DNA of 64,000 bases, taken from assembly GCA_943368365.1 (NCBI GenBank), contig CALRKZ020000001.1, positions 29,128 to 93,127 on the forward strand, in the 5' to 3' direction. A program made the translations under genes and the position numbers. The notes under the pieces were generated by a model. That model was given only the letters and a program-made list of their open reading frames with translations, was not told where the DNA came from and ran no database searches. The stretch comes from Mesorhizobium carmichaelinearum (GTDB lineage Bacteria; Cyanobacteriota; Cyanobacteriia; PCC-6307; Cyanobiaceae). The stretch's first letter is position 1, and the number at the start of each line of letters is the position of its first letter. Shown one piece after another: positions 51,028 to 58,874 of the stretch.

Positions 51028-51164
51028 CCTCCCGATGCCGCCTCTCACCCTCTGTGTGCTTCCGGGGCTCGAGGAGCAGCCTGGCGGCATCACGGCATTG
51101 CTGCGGCTGAACCTGCCCCTGCTGCTCACCGGGGAGTGAGTTGTGGGCCCGGAACTGGCGGCGG
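51028..51164 (+). repeat. Duplicated 5' fragment of the gene at 55557
   Basis: atgccgcctctcaccctctgtgtgcttccggggctcgaggagcag... aligns to 55551..55686. I count about 11 mismatches by hand. It contains a premature TGA. Confidence 0.85.
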
Positions 51165-51256
51165 GGGTGACGCCCCCGCTCTCCGCCAAAGACCTGGCCA
51201 ATCCCACCCTCGCCAACCAGTAGCCTCAACGGCTGCCCACCATGTCCGCCTCCTGA
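51165..51256 (+). repeat. Duplicated 3' fragment of rfbC
   Basis: ggggtgacgcccccgctctccgccaaagacctggccaatcccaccctcgccaaccag... aligns to 48601..48693, including the TGA. It contains an in-frame TAG. Confidence 0.85.
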
Positions 51257-52186
51257 ACGGCCGCCCCTCGCACAAGCGATTCGAGGGCCGTGCGCAGGGC
51301 AGAAGGCAACTGACAACGGAACTTGATCCTCGGCAGCGCCATCTCGGCCATCACGGTCTCGCTGCCATAGAGCTGGAGATACTCCGCATGGTTGTCCCAC
51401 ACCTGCCTCGTCACGTTGTCGACGAACGATTCAATGGGCAGACCCTCGGCACAGAGGATCCCGTGGGAGTTCAGTTCGATGTTGTAGTAAACCAGGCAGG
51501 TTTGATCGATCCACTCCTCGAGTTCGGTAGAGATGATCGTGCGTCCATTCACCAGCGCCGAAGCCGGCACAAGATACCCCTTGAACAGCACGGCATGGTC
51601 GGGGCTGAGCAGCAGATCCCGTTCGGGCAACCTCTGGCCAAGGGCACCGGCCATATCCGGATGGGCAGCCCGTTCGACCAGCTCAGCGGCAAGGGATGAT
51701 GCCGCGTGATCGACACGAACCTCACGCTCTCGATCCCGTTGGCCGTGATCACCCGGTCACCAGGCTTGAGTGATTCGATCGGGCGGGGGCCTTCCGGGGT
51801 GGCGATTCGGGTTCCCGTCAGCAGGCAGATGGTGAGGTTCTCTTGCTTGGGGCTGCCGAGATTGGTGCCCTGACTGTAGTGAGTGTTGTTGGCGAGATAG
51901 AAATTCCCACCCCTCTTCAGAACGATCGCTCCTGTAGCCGAATAAAACCCTTCATACACATAGTTGGTCTTGCCGTCGAGGTCACTGGGCAATCCATCAC
52001 CACACTCCGGCCTTGAATCAACCCTGACATGCTCATCAGCCGGATACCTGACAAATGTTTTGTCATTGGTCGACTCTGTGATCAGAACCGAATCGGACTT
52101 GGACTCATTTTGACTATCAACCTGATAGGATCCAGGATTACGCTCATCCTTCAGGCGATAAAAAAGGCGTAGGTGGCGTCAGACAT
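51226..52186 (-). pseudogene. Hint_2 domain gene, copy C (two frameshifts)
   Basis: The start reads MSDATYAFF, then the frame is lost at a six-base homopolymer run (52160..52165). Restoring one base gives FYRLKDERNPGSYQVDSQ..., parallel to copy A. A second shift lies near 51650. The Hint part is ICLLTGTRIATPEGPRPIESLKPGDRV...HGILCAEGLPIESF. Confidence 0.75.
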
Positions 52187-52380
52187 AGCGGAAGCCTGTG
52201 AACAGGAGTTATATTCACTTTAACCAGCACTCGTCCCGCTTGAGCCATGAGAATCCAAACGAGTCACTGAATCTCTGCCGATAGGTGGCTGAGCCTGCAA
52301 GAGAGATTCGCTGGAAGTGCCTAAGGCTCACCACCACGCCCCTTCGCAAGGAAGATGTCGCTTCGGAGACTCAGGGCCTC

Positions 52381-52417
52381 ACAACACAAAAGCCTTGCCC
52401 CATGAATGGGACAAGGC
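52381..52417 (-). terminator. Rho-independent terminator-like hairpin after Hint copy D
   Basis: The minus strand reads gccttgtccc-attcat-ggggcaaggc (one mismatch) followed by ttttgtgttgt. It lies 43 nt downstream of the stop at 52460. Confidence 0.5.
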
Positions 52418-52459
52418 CATGGAAGAAAGTGAGTTGGTTGCCTGAGCGGCACTCAGATG

Positions 52460-53380
52460 TCAGACAGTTGCCAATTCACGCTGGACAGCGGACTGATCCA
52501 TCGATTGGAGCTTAAGTCGGAGCGGGGCGGGAATCTGACGGGAGAACTTGATCCGGGGCAGAGGCAGTTCACGGATTGGCGCCTCACTTCCATAGAGCGC
52601 CAGATACTCTTCGTAGTTGTCCCAGGTTTTCCGGGGCACGTTGTCGACATACGACTCCACCTCGAGACCTTCGGCGCGAATGATGGCGTGCTCCTCAAGC
52701 TCCACGTTGTAGTAGGTGATGGAGGGGGTGTCTTGCCAATCTTCTGCTGAGGTGCGAACGATGGTCGTGCCGTTGATCAGCGCTGAAGCGTGGATGAGAT
52801 GACCATCCACCACGATGGCGTGATCGCCGGTAACGAACAGGTCACGCTCGGGGCCCGCCTGCCCGAAAGCACCAGCGCTGATGCGAATCGGGAGAGCGCC
52901 CGAGAGGCTCAGCACCAAGGGATGACTCACGGTTTGCGAGATGAATCGTACGGGCCGGAGGCCGTCCAAGCATCGAATCATCTGACCAGGCTGGAGGGCC
53001 TCAACCTCGATGGGACCCTCAACGGTACCGATCAACGTGCCAGCAAGGAAGCAAACAAATGTGCCTTGGCTAGCATTGGTGCTGAAGTTGACCTCAGTCC
53101 CTGCGGGAATGGCAGTATTTGAAGCTACATAGAAAGTAGATCCGGATTGAAAAATGAGAGCATTACCACTACTTTTTCCGAGATAGATCACTGAGACTGC
53201 CGTGCCTCCGTTGATGCTAAGCGTCACAGCCTCGCCCGGGGCCAGCGATGAATTGGAGCTGGTTGTCTCGGTGACAACAGCATTGCCACCACCGGACAGA
53301 TCGGGGCCACTTGTTGTCGTCTTGGTGCTAGTACCAGGAGCCGAAGAAAGATAGATGTTATTGAACCCGAAAGAAGCCAT
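52460..53380 (-). CDS. Hint_2 / bacterial intein-like domain protein, copy D (intact)
   Basis: A 109 aa Ser/Thr/Gly-rich N-terminal module comes first. It is followed by CFLAGTLIGTVEGPIEVEALQPGQMI, AGAFGQAGPERDLFVTGDHAIVV and HAIIRAEGLEVESY. Confidence 0.8.
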   Translation of the reverse strand: MASFGFNNIYLSSAPGTSTKTTTSGPDLSGGGNAVVTETTSSNSSLAPGEAVTLSINGGTAVSVIYLGKSSGNALIFQSGSTFYVASNTAIPAGTEVNFSTNASQGTFVCFLAGTLIGTVEGPIEVEALQPGQMIRCLDGLRPVRFISQTVSHPLVLSLSGALPIRISAGAFGQAGPERDLFVTGDHAIVVDGHLIHASALINGTTIVRTSAEDWQDTPSITYYNVELEEHAIIRAEGLEVESYVDNVPRKTWDNYEEYLALYGSEAPIRELPLPRIKFSRQIPAPLRLKLQSMDQSAVQRELATV

Positions 53381-54014
53381 GAGAAACGAAAAAACGGTTG
53401 CCGTTGGACCCGGGGAAGACAGGCCTACACGACAGAATACTGACGAATCCTAAGGGGATTTCAAGGATCAGGACAGGCGGGCCTGGTGTTGTCTGCTACC
53501 AAAGGTCGTGGTTTTCTTGATTTGCAGACCTTCTCAAGCAAGAGGACAGCGGGATGACCCAGGAATCCTTCCCTTGATCCCGTGACGCGCTCCGTTCCGC
53601 TGCAGGCAGCCGCCGTCACGGATGGGCCGGCCATCGACTGCTTGGTCGCCTGGGCAACTTCCCCGGCACCTCCAATTCCAGGCTCCGGAACTGGACCCCA
53701 TCAAGGCTGTCCAACCCTTGTGGACAACAGTGGGTGAGGCGATCGAAATCAGCTCCAGCGATGCGCTTGGGCTGGGGCATCGCCGCATGGTGGTGATGTG
53801 GCACGGGTCGCCGCCTCGGATTAGTCGCTGGGCATCGCTCTCAAGTCCCGGTGGGCAGCAGCTTGGCCACCTGGGCACTCACGCCAGCCGCTCATCGAGA
53901 CTGAACAGCTTGAAGCACACCAGACAGGGTTGGGGCAGACCTGCGGCCTTGAGATCGTGGAGGGGCCAATCGAGGAACCAGGAGGATGGCGCGCTGAGGT
54001 GATCTCGAAGTCGC

Positions 54015-54239
54015 TCACAGATCGCGGAACGCCGACTCATCCACCGGGCTGCTCCACTCGCTCAGGCCGCTCTCCAGCCCATGGAGATAGGCCAGATCCA
54101 ACGGCGTCTCCGCCCGCACTCGCTCCGAGCCGTCCTCCAGCTCCCAGCTGAGCTGGTCGCCCTGCATCAATCCCAGGGCCTCACGCACGGCCTTCGGCAC
54201 CGTGACCTGCCCCTTGGCAGTGAGTGTGGCGACGTCCAT
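54015..54239 (-). CDS. AbrB/MazE/SpoVT-family antitoxin-like DNA-binding protein
   Basis: MDVATLTAKGQVTVPKAVREALGLMQGDQLSWEL is the swapped-hairpin beta-barrel motif (kGQvTiPk.iR..lgl..Gd.l). Confidence 0.7.
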   Translation of the reverse strand: MDVATLTAKGQVTVPKAVREALGLMQGDQLSWELEDGSERVRAETPLDLAYLHGLESGLSEWSSPVDESAFRDL

Positions 54240-54334
54240 CCGTGGCCAACCCATCCGATCGCCACCCTAGAGCCAAGGCCGCCTTGCTTTAGGGCGTCCT
54301 TACGCGCTTGCCCCCCGCCGTTTCCACCCAGCTG

Positions 54335-54464
54335 GGCACCACCGTGTCGGAGCTGGAGGATCGGCTTCGCATCCTCGATGCCCTCGACATCCCCACCCGC
54401 CACCCGGATAGCTCTTCGCCAAGCCCGTGCGCTCGTCGACGCAATCCGTGATGCGCTGGCCTGA
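54335..54464 (+). pseudogene. HEPN-domain C-terminal remnant (frameshifted)
   Basis: LEDRLRILDALDIPTRHPD is in one frame and ALRQARALVDAIRDALA in the next. Together they resemble the RYPD...A..l...v end of HEPN toxins. No N-terminal part is present. Confidence 0.35.
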
Positions 54465-54798
54465 TCCCGTCGAAGTGATGCTCCAGCTCGACGCCTGGGT
54501 GGGGGAGCAGGCGACCCGTGTGCCGTCCCTGGAGCAAGTGGCCATCTTCGGCAGTGATGGCCGGGGCACCGCTGGAGTCGGCAGCGACCTCAACCTCCTG
54601 CTGATCGATGCACAAGCCAACGGACCCCAGCACATGAGACAGGTGAGCTGGCCTCTGGAGCGGCTGCCCCTCAGTGGCGACGCGCTCGTGCTCAAACCCG
54701 ACGGGTACGAGGCCCTGATGACGGGCGGATCACGGTTCGCCGCGGAGCTGCAGCGTGATTCCCGCTGGCTGTGGTCACGCCCCAGCTCCGTCCCCTAG
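54451..54798 (+). CDS. Nucleotidyltransferase-domain (MNT-type) protein
   Basis: VAIFGSDGRGTAGVGSDLNLLLI matches the GS..RG.....SD.DLL pattern of minimal nucleotidyltransferases. Confidence 0.6.
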   Translation: MRWPDPVEVMLQLDAWVGEQATRVPSLEQVAIFGSDGRGTAGVGSDLNLLLIDAQANGPQHMRQVSWPLERLPLSGDALVLKPDGYEALMTGGSRFAAELQRDSRWLWSRPSSVP

Positions 54799-55433
54799 AC
54801 CTGCCAGATTTCCCTCAGGCGGAGAACCAGCCCGGGGAACAGGGGCCCCGCCTCCAGCTCGGATGGGGCCTCCAGGCGTTGGGGGGTGCCGCTAGGGCTG
54901 CCGCCAGCGGGCCAGATCTCCACAGCCTGCTGTTCGGGGATCAACAGCCAGCCCAGTTGGACCCCATTGGCCTGGTAGGGGCCATCTTGCGGCGCAGGGC
55001 GGAGAGGCCGCGGGGGCCTTCGTCGCCGGCACTGGCCAGCTCCACCACCAGATCGGGGCAGAGCGGGGGAAAGCCGCGCCGCTGCTCGGCAGTGAGCGCC
55101 TGCCAGCGCTTCTGGCTCACCAGCGCGGTATCGAGGCTCAACACCGAACCATCGGGCAGGCGGAAGCCCGTGGAGCTGTCGAACAGCTGGTAGGGGAAGC
55201 CCGCTGGAGCGCACCGCGATCCAGAGCAGGGCGCCGAGGGTCTGGTTCCTGGCGCCGGTTTCACCACCGGTGGGCGTGATGTGGATGAGATGACCATCGG
55301 CGGAGAGTTCGAGCACCGCCTCGGGGTTCGCAGTGCACACCGCCGCGAATTGCTCGGTGCTGAGCCGCAGATCAGCGGGCAGGTGCAGAGGCGCCAGAGC
55401 ATCGGCCCGGGTGGCTGGAGATGCAGGCGCCAT
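54795..55433 (-). pseudogene. Uma2-family (DUF820) endonuclease, two frameshifts
   Basis: Three frame pieces read consecutively: LSTEQFAAVCTANPEAVLELSADGHLIHITPTGGETGARN, then YQLFDSSTGFRLPDGSVLSLDTALVSQKRW...PDLVVELAS, then ANGVQLGWLLIPEQQAVEIW. Confidence 0.75.
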
Positions 55434-55556
55434 GGCCCCAGCGAGCTTGGTTTTCAGGCTAGACGGCTTCCTGGTGCCCGCAGAACCGGCAGTCATCACG
55501 TGGCGAGTGCCTGGAAGGCAGCTACCACTACGGTCACCGTCGCCCGCAGCTCCTCC

Positions 55557-56717
55557 ATGCCCGCCCTCACCCTCTGTGTGCTTCCGGGGCTCGAGGAGCA
55601 GCCGGGCGGCATCCCGGACTTGCTGCGGCTGAACCTGCCCCTGCTGCTCTTCGGGGAGTGGGTGGTGGGCCCGGAACTGGCGGCGGCGCTCGTGCCCGAA
55701 CTGCGCACCACCGACGCCGACCGCCCCCGCCTCGACGACCTGCTGCGTCAGGCCACGGTGCGCACCAGCAGCGCCGCCCTCGTGCTGCTCAGCGGCGCCG
55801 TCGCACCCACGGCGGCCTGGGCCGACGGGGTGGGCGAACTGGCCCTGCGCGATCCGCCCGTGCTCGCCTGGGGCCGCGCCTGGAGCCGCAGCGGGCCCGA
55901 GGCCGGGCTCCGGCTGGATCCACCCGCCGAGCCCAGCTGGATCCTGCTGCCCCGTGGCGCCTGGACGCCGCCGCCCGCCCTGGCCGATGCCCTCGCTGCC
56001 GATCCGCCCGCCGCCCTCCCCTGGCTGCTGGAACTCGCCGCTGAACGCGGCTGGCCCGCGCTCGACGCCACCGAGGCGGTCCCGCTGGATCGGCGCGGGC
56101 CCCACCCCATCGCCACACCGCAGCCCGCTCCGGCGCCGGCGGGGCCGCAGGCCGGGATCCAGCGGTTGCCCATCACCCCGGCCGACGCGCCCCGCCTCAC
56201 CCTGCTGCTCCAGGGCTCCGGCGCCGATCAGCGGCGCTGGCGCGACGCGCTGGAGGGGTCCTCCGAGCTGGGCATCGAGCTGCTCCCCACCGAGGCGGGC
56301 GACTGGAGCCAGGCCAGGGGGGAGTGGATCGGCTGCCTGCCGGCGGCCGCCGACCCGCCACCCCTGGCGCTGCTCTCCGCCCTGGTGCGGACCTTCCGAA
56401 ATCCCTGGATCGATGGGGTGGTGCCGCAGGACTGGCCACCGGTGCTCCGCCGCGGCGTGCTGGAGCGGCTTGGCCCCGCCGCCTTCGAGGAGCCGGCGGC
56501 CCGGGCCGCCGGCCTGCAGCTGCTCCAGCTGCCGCTGCTGGCGGCCAGCCCCCCGGAGGAACCCGATCCCCTCTGGCAGGCGGCCGCCCTCCAGCTGGAG
56601 CGGGCCGAAGCCCTGCTGCTCGCCCAGCAGCGCCGCATCGCCCAGCTGGAAGCCCAGCTGGGCCAGTCGCGCCAGGGGCTCACACCACCGGAAACTTCCA
56701 GGCCAGCAGCCAGCTGA
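55557..56717 (+). CDS. Hypothetical Pro/Ala-rich protein (source gene of the 51028..51164 fragment)
   Basis: ATG at 55557 lies inside ORF 55281..56717. The duplicated copy begins at the same ATG, which supports this start. C-terminal coiled-coil-like LQLERAEALLLAQQRRIAQLEAQL. Confidence 0.5.
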   Translation: MPALTLCVLPGLEEQPGGIPDLLRLNLPLLLFGEWVVGPELAAALVPELRTTDADRPRLDDLLRQATVRTSSAALVLLSGAVAPTAAWADGVGELALRDPPVLAWGRAWSRSGPEAGLRLDPPAEPSWILLPRGAWTPPPALADALAADPPAALPWLLELAAERGWPALDATEAVPLDRRGPHPIATPQPAPAPAGPQAGIQRLPITPADAPRLTLLLQGSGADQRRWRDALEGSSELGIELLPTEAGDWSQARGEWIGCLPAAADPPPLALLSALVRTFRNPWIDGVVPQDWPPVLRRGVLERLGPAAFEEPAARAAGLQLLQLPLLAASPPEEPDPLWQAAALQLERAEALLLAQQRRIAQLEAQLGQSRQGLTPPETSRPAAS

Positions 56718-56913
56718 GCAGGCCCGCCACCAGCAGCTGCCCCAGCACGAACGGCCCCAGATTGGCCGCAGTGAGGATCGGCGGCGCAAAGAGGCTCACG
56801 GCCCAGGAGATCGCCACGAGCCCCGCCAGCGGGATCCCGAAGAACACCAGCAGCAGCAGGGCCGTGGAGCGCAGCCGGCCCAGCAGGGCGGCCCGGCCCG
56901 GTTCAGGGGCCAT
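56680..56913 (-). CDS. Small membrane protein (putative)
   Basis: Two hydrophobic helices (ALLLLVFFGIPLAGLVAISWAV and LGPFVLGQLLVAGLLSWLLAW). Weak call in GC-rich DNA. Confidence 0.3.
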   Translation of the reverse strand: MAPEPGRAALLGRLRSTALLLLVFFGIPLAGLVAISWAVSLFAPPILTAANLGPFVLGQLLVAGLLSWLLAWKFPVV

Positions 56914-57169
56914 CGGAACCGCTCTCCCGCCGGCTGCGGCCGACGCTCCAGCCCACCACATAACCCACCAGGCCGCCGGCAAGGGCCCCCTGCAGCTGCC
57001 AGATCTCCTTGCGGAACCGCCAGGGCATGGCCCCCAGCTGCAGCCCCACCACCACCGCCAGCGTCAGCCCCACCGCCAGCCCGCCGCCGCCGAGGAACCC
57101 CAGCGCGCCGCCCCGGGCGGGCGCGGTGGAGCCCCCGGGCGCGCGCGGCGGACTGGTCAGCTTCGACAC
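56903..57169 (-). CDS. Small glycine-zipper membrane protein (putative)
   Basis: GALGFLGGGGLAVGLTLAVVVGL and GALAGGLVGYVVGW segments. GTG start. Weak call. Confidence 0.3.
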   Translation of the reverse strand: MSKLTSPPRAPGGSTAPARGGALGFLGGGGLAVGLTLAVVVGLQLGAMPWRFRKEIWQLQGALAGGLVGYVVGWSVGRSRRESGSDGP

Positions 57170-57176
57170 GCCGAAC

Positions 57177-57566
57177 CTACGGATCGGCGCATTCTGGCGG
57201 GAATGCCGCGATCCGCTCCTCCACCAGGGTCTGCAGGGCTGCCAGGGCCCTCAGCAGCTCCGCACGGCTGGTGGCCAGCGGAAATGGCCCGGCTTCGTAG
57301 CGCGCCTCCACCGCGTAGGTCTGCAGCGCCAGCAGGGAGGTCTCGAGTGGCACCTCCGCCAACCGGGCCAGGACCCGCAGATCGTGGCTGAGGGGCGGCC
57401 GGCGGTCGTCGAGCACGATCAGTGCCTTGAGCAGCTTCTCCACGGCCTGCTGGGCGGCGAAACCCCATTCCTCGTCGGGATAGGCCGGATCCAGATTGAG
57501 TTCCAGCCCCCGCCGATGCCGCGCCACGATCTGGAGCAGCAAGGCCGCATCCTCACTCGGCGACAT
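57177..57566 (-). CDS. HEPN-domain protein (toxin-type)
   Basis: AAQQAVEKLLKALIV...HDL..L....., then YAVEARYEAGPFP, which contains the R-x4-6-H-like HEPN region. It lies directly downstream of, and overlaps, an MNT gene. Confidence 0.7.
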   Translation of the reverse strand: MSPSEDAALLLQIVARHRRGLELNLDPAYPDEEWGFAAQQAVEKLLKALIVLDDRRPPLSHDLRVLARLAEVPLETSLLALQTYAVEARYEAGPFPLATSRAELLRALAALQTLVEERIAAFPPECADP

Positions 57567-57954
57567 ACAGCACCTGCCCTTCCCGTGCCGCATGGCTGAT
57601 CACGTGCCAGCGCGATCCGGCCAGGCGATCGGCATCGGCACTGCCCGCCACCACCAGATCCAGCGGCAGCGGCAGATCTTCCAGCAACTGATACGCCCTC
57701 CACCACGCCTGCCGCAGGGCTTCACCCTCCAGATGGGGCTGGCGCTCCAGCACCAGCAGATCGAGATCCGAATCGGCACGGGCCTCGCGGCGTGCCCGCG
57801 AACCGAACAGCACCAGACCGCGCACGTTGGGCTGGCGAGCCAGCCGTCCCAGGGCGGCCTCGATCCGCTCAGCCCCATCCCCCTCGATCCCAGGGCCAAG
57901 GGAAGGCAGCCTGAGGGGGTGGGGTCGATGCCAGTCGCAGAGCGTGGACTCCAT
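57553..57954 (-). CDS. Nucleotidyltransferase-domain (MNT-type antitoxin) protein
   Basis: LVLFGSRARREARADSDLDLLVL is the canonical GS.ArG....SDlDLlv motif. Confidence 0.75.
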   Translation of the reverse strand: MESTLCDWHRPHPLRLPSLGPGIEGDGAERIEAALGRLARQPNVRGLVLFGSRARREARADSDLDLLVLERQPHLEGEALRQAWWRAYQLLEDLPLPLDLVVAGSADADRLAGSRWHVISHAAREGQVLYVAE

Positions 57955-57963
57955 CCCCCAAGG

Positions 57964-58845
57964 CTAGGGGCCATCTCCGGCTGGCTCCCCGGCGGCTTCC
58001 AACCGATCGAGCAGTCGGCCGAACCGCTCCAGCCGCTCCCGCGCCTGGGCCCGCCACTCGGCTGGGCTCTCCAGGCCGGGGGTGGGCGCCAGGGTGAGCT
58101 GGGCCGGATCGAGGCGCGCCAGCAGCTCCAGCCGCTCGCCCGCCGGCCCATGGCCGGGCTCCAGCTCGCGCAGGGCGCCGAAGGCCCGCGCCGCACCTCG
58201 CCAGTCTTCGGCGGCCATGCACGCCTCACCCCGCTGCCACAGCGCCTCCAGCTGCAGCTCCGCCAGCTCCCGGTGCAGCTCGTCGCGCTCGGGTGCCAGG
58301 GCCAGGGCGCGGCCCTGCTCGGCGAGCGCCTCCTCCCAGCGCCGCAGCCGCCGCAGCCGCCGCGCCAGCTCCAGCCGCAGCTCCAGCGCCAGCGGATCGT
58401 GGCCGAGCCCCTGCCGCAGGATCTCCAGGGCGTCCTCCTCCCGCCCCTGCACGTCCACGGCCCGCGCCAGGGCCAGCAGGTGAGCGGGCTCGGCCTGCCC
58501 CCGCGCCCGCAGCCGCCGCAGCAGCGGCTCGGCCTCCGCCCAGCGCTCCAGCCGCAGCAGCGCCTCCAGCAGCACCGCCTCCACCGGCTCCCGGTCCTGC
58601 TCCGAACCCAGGCCCTCCCCGAAGGCCAGCCGTTGCCGCAGCAGCCTCGCCGCCCCCTCGGCATCGCCGTGCTCCAGCCGCAGCCCCGCCAGCTCCAGCT
58701 CCACCGCCACCAGATGGGGCCGGGCCTGCAGCACAAGCCCATAGGCGGCCTCGGCGGCCTCGAGCCGCCCGGCATCCCGCTCCTGCCGGGCCCGCTGCAG
58801 CGCCGTGGCCACCTCCAGGGCCGAGGCCTGCCGGATCAGGTCCAT
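57964..58845 (-). CDS. TPR-repeat protein
   Basis: Repeated A/L/E/R-rich 34-residue helical pairs, for example GRLEAAEAAYGLVLQARPH and WEEALAEQGRALALAPE. Confidence 0.6.
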   Translation of the reverse strand: MDLIRQASALEVATALQRARQERDAGRLEAAEAAYGLVLQARPHLVAVELELAGLRLEHGDAEGAARLLRQRLAFGEGLGSEQDREPVEAVLLEALLRLERWAEAEPLLRRLRARGQAEPAHLLALARAVDVQGREEDALEILRQGLGHDPLALELRLELARRLRRLRRWEEALAEQGRALALAPERDELHRELAELQLEALWQRGEACMAAEDWRGAARAFGALRELEPGHGPAGERLELLARLDPAQLTLAPTPGLESPAEWRAQARERLERFGRLLDRLEAAGEPAGDGP

Positions 58846-58874
58846 CGATCACGCTCCATCACGGGCTTGAGCAC

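Noticed and set aside
52160-52165. Calling the homopolymer frameshift in Hint copy C a phase-variation switch
   Set aside because: The run is only six bases long and the gene carries a second frameshift. Simple decay is therefore more likely. It is reported as a low-interest finding rather than as a regulatory feature.
53534-54018. Candidate toxin gene downstream of the AbrB-type antitoxin (ORFs 53821..54018, 53534..53878, 53616..53804)
   Set aside because: All three frames are short with implausible composition. Only vague MazF/PIN-like fragments could be imagined after assuming several frameshifts. It is probably a decayed toxin but cannot be supported.
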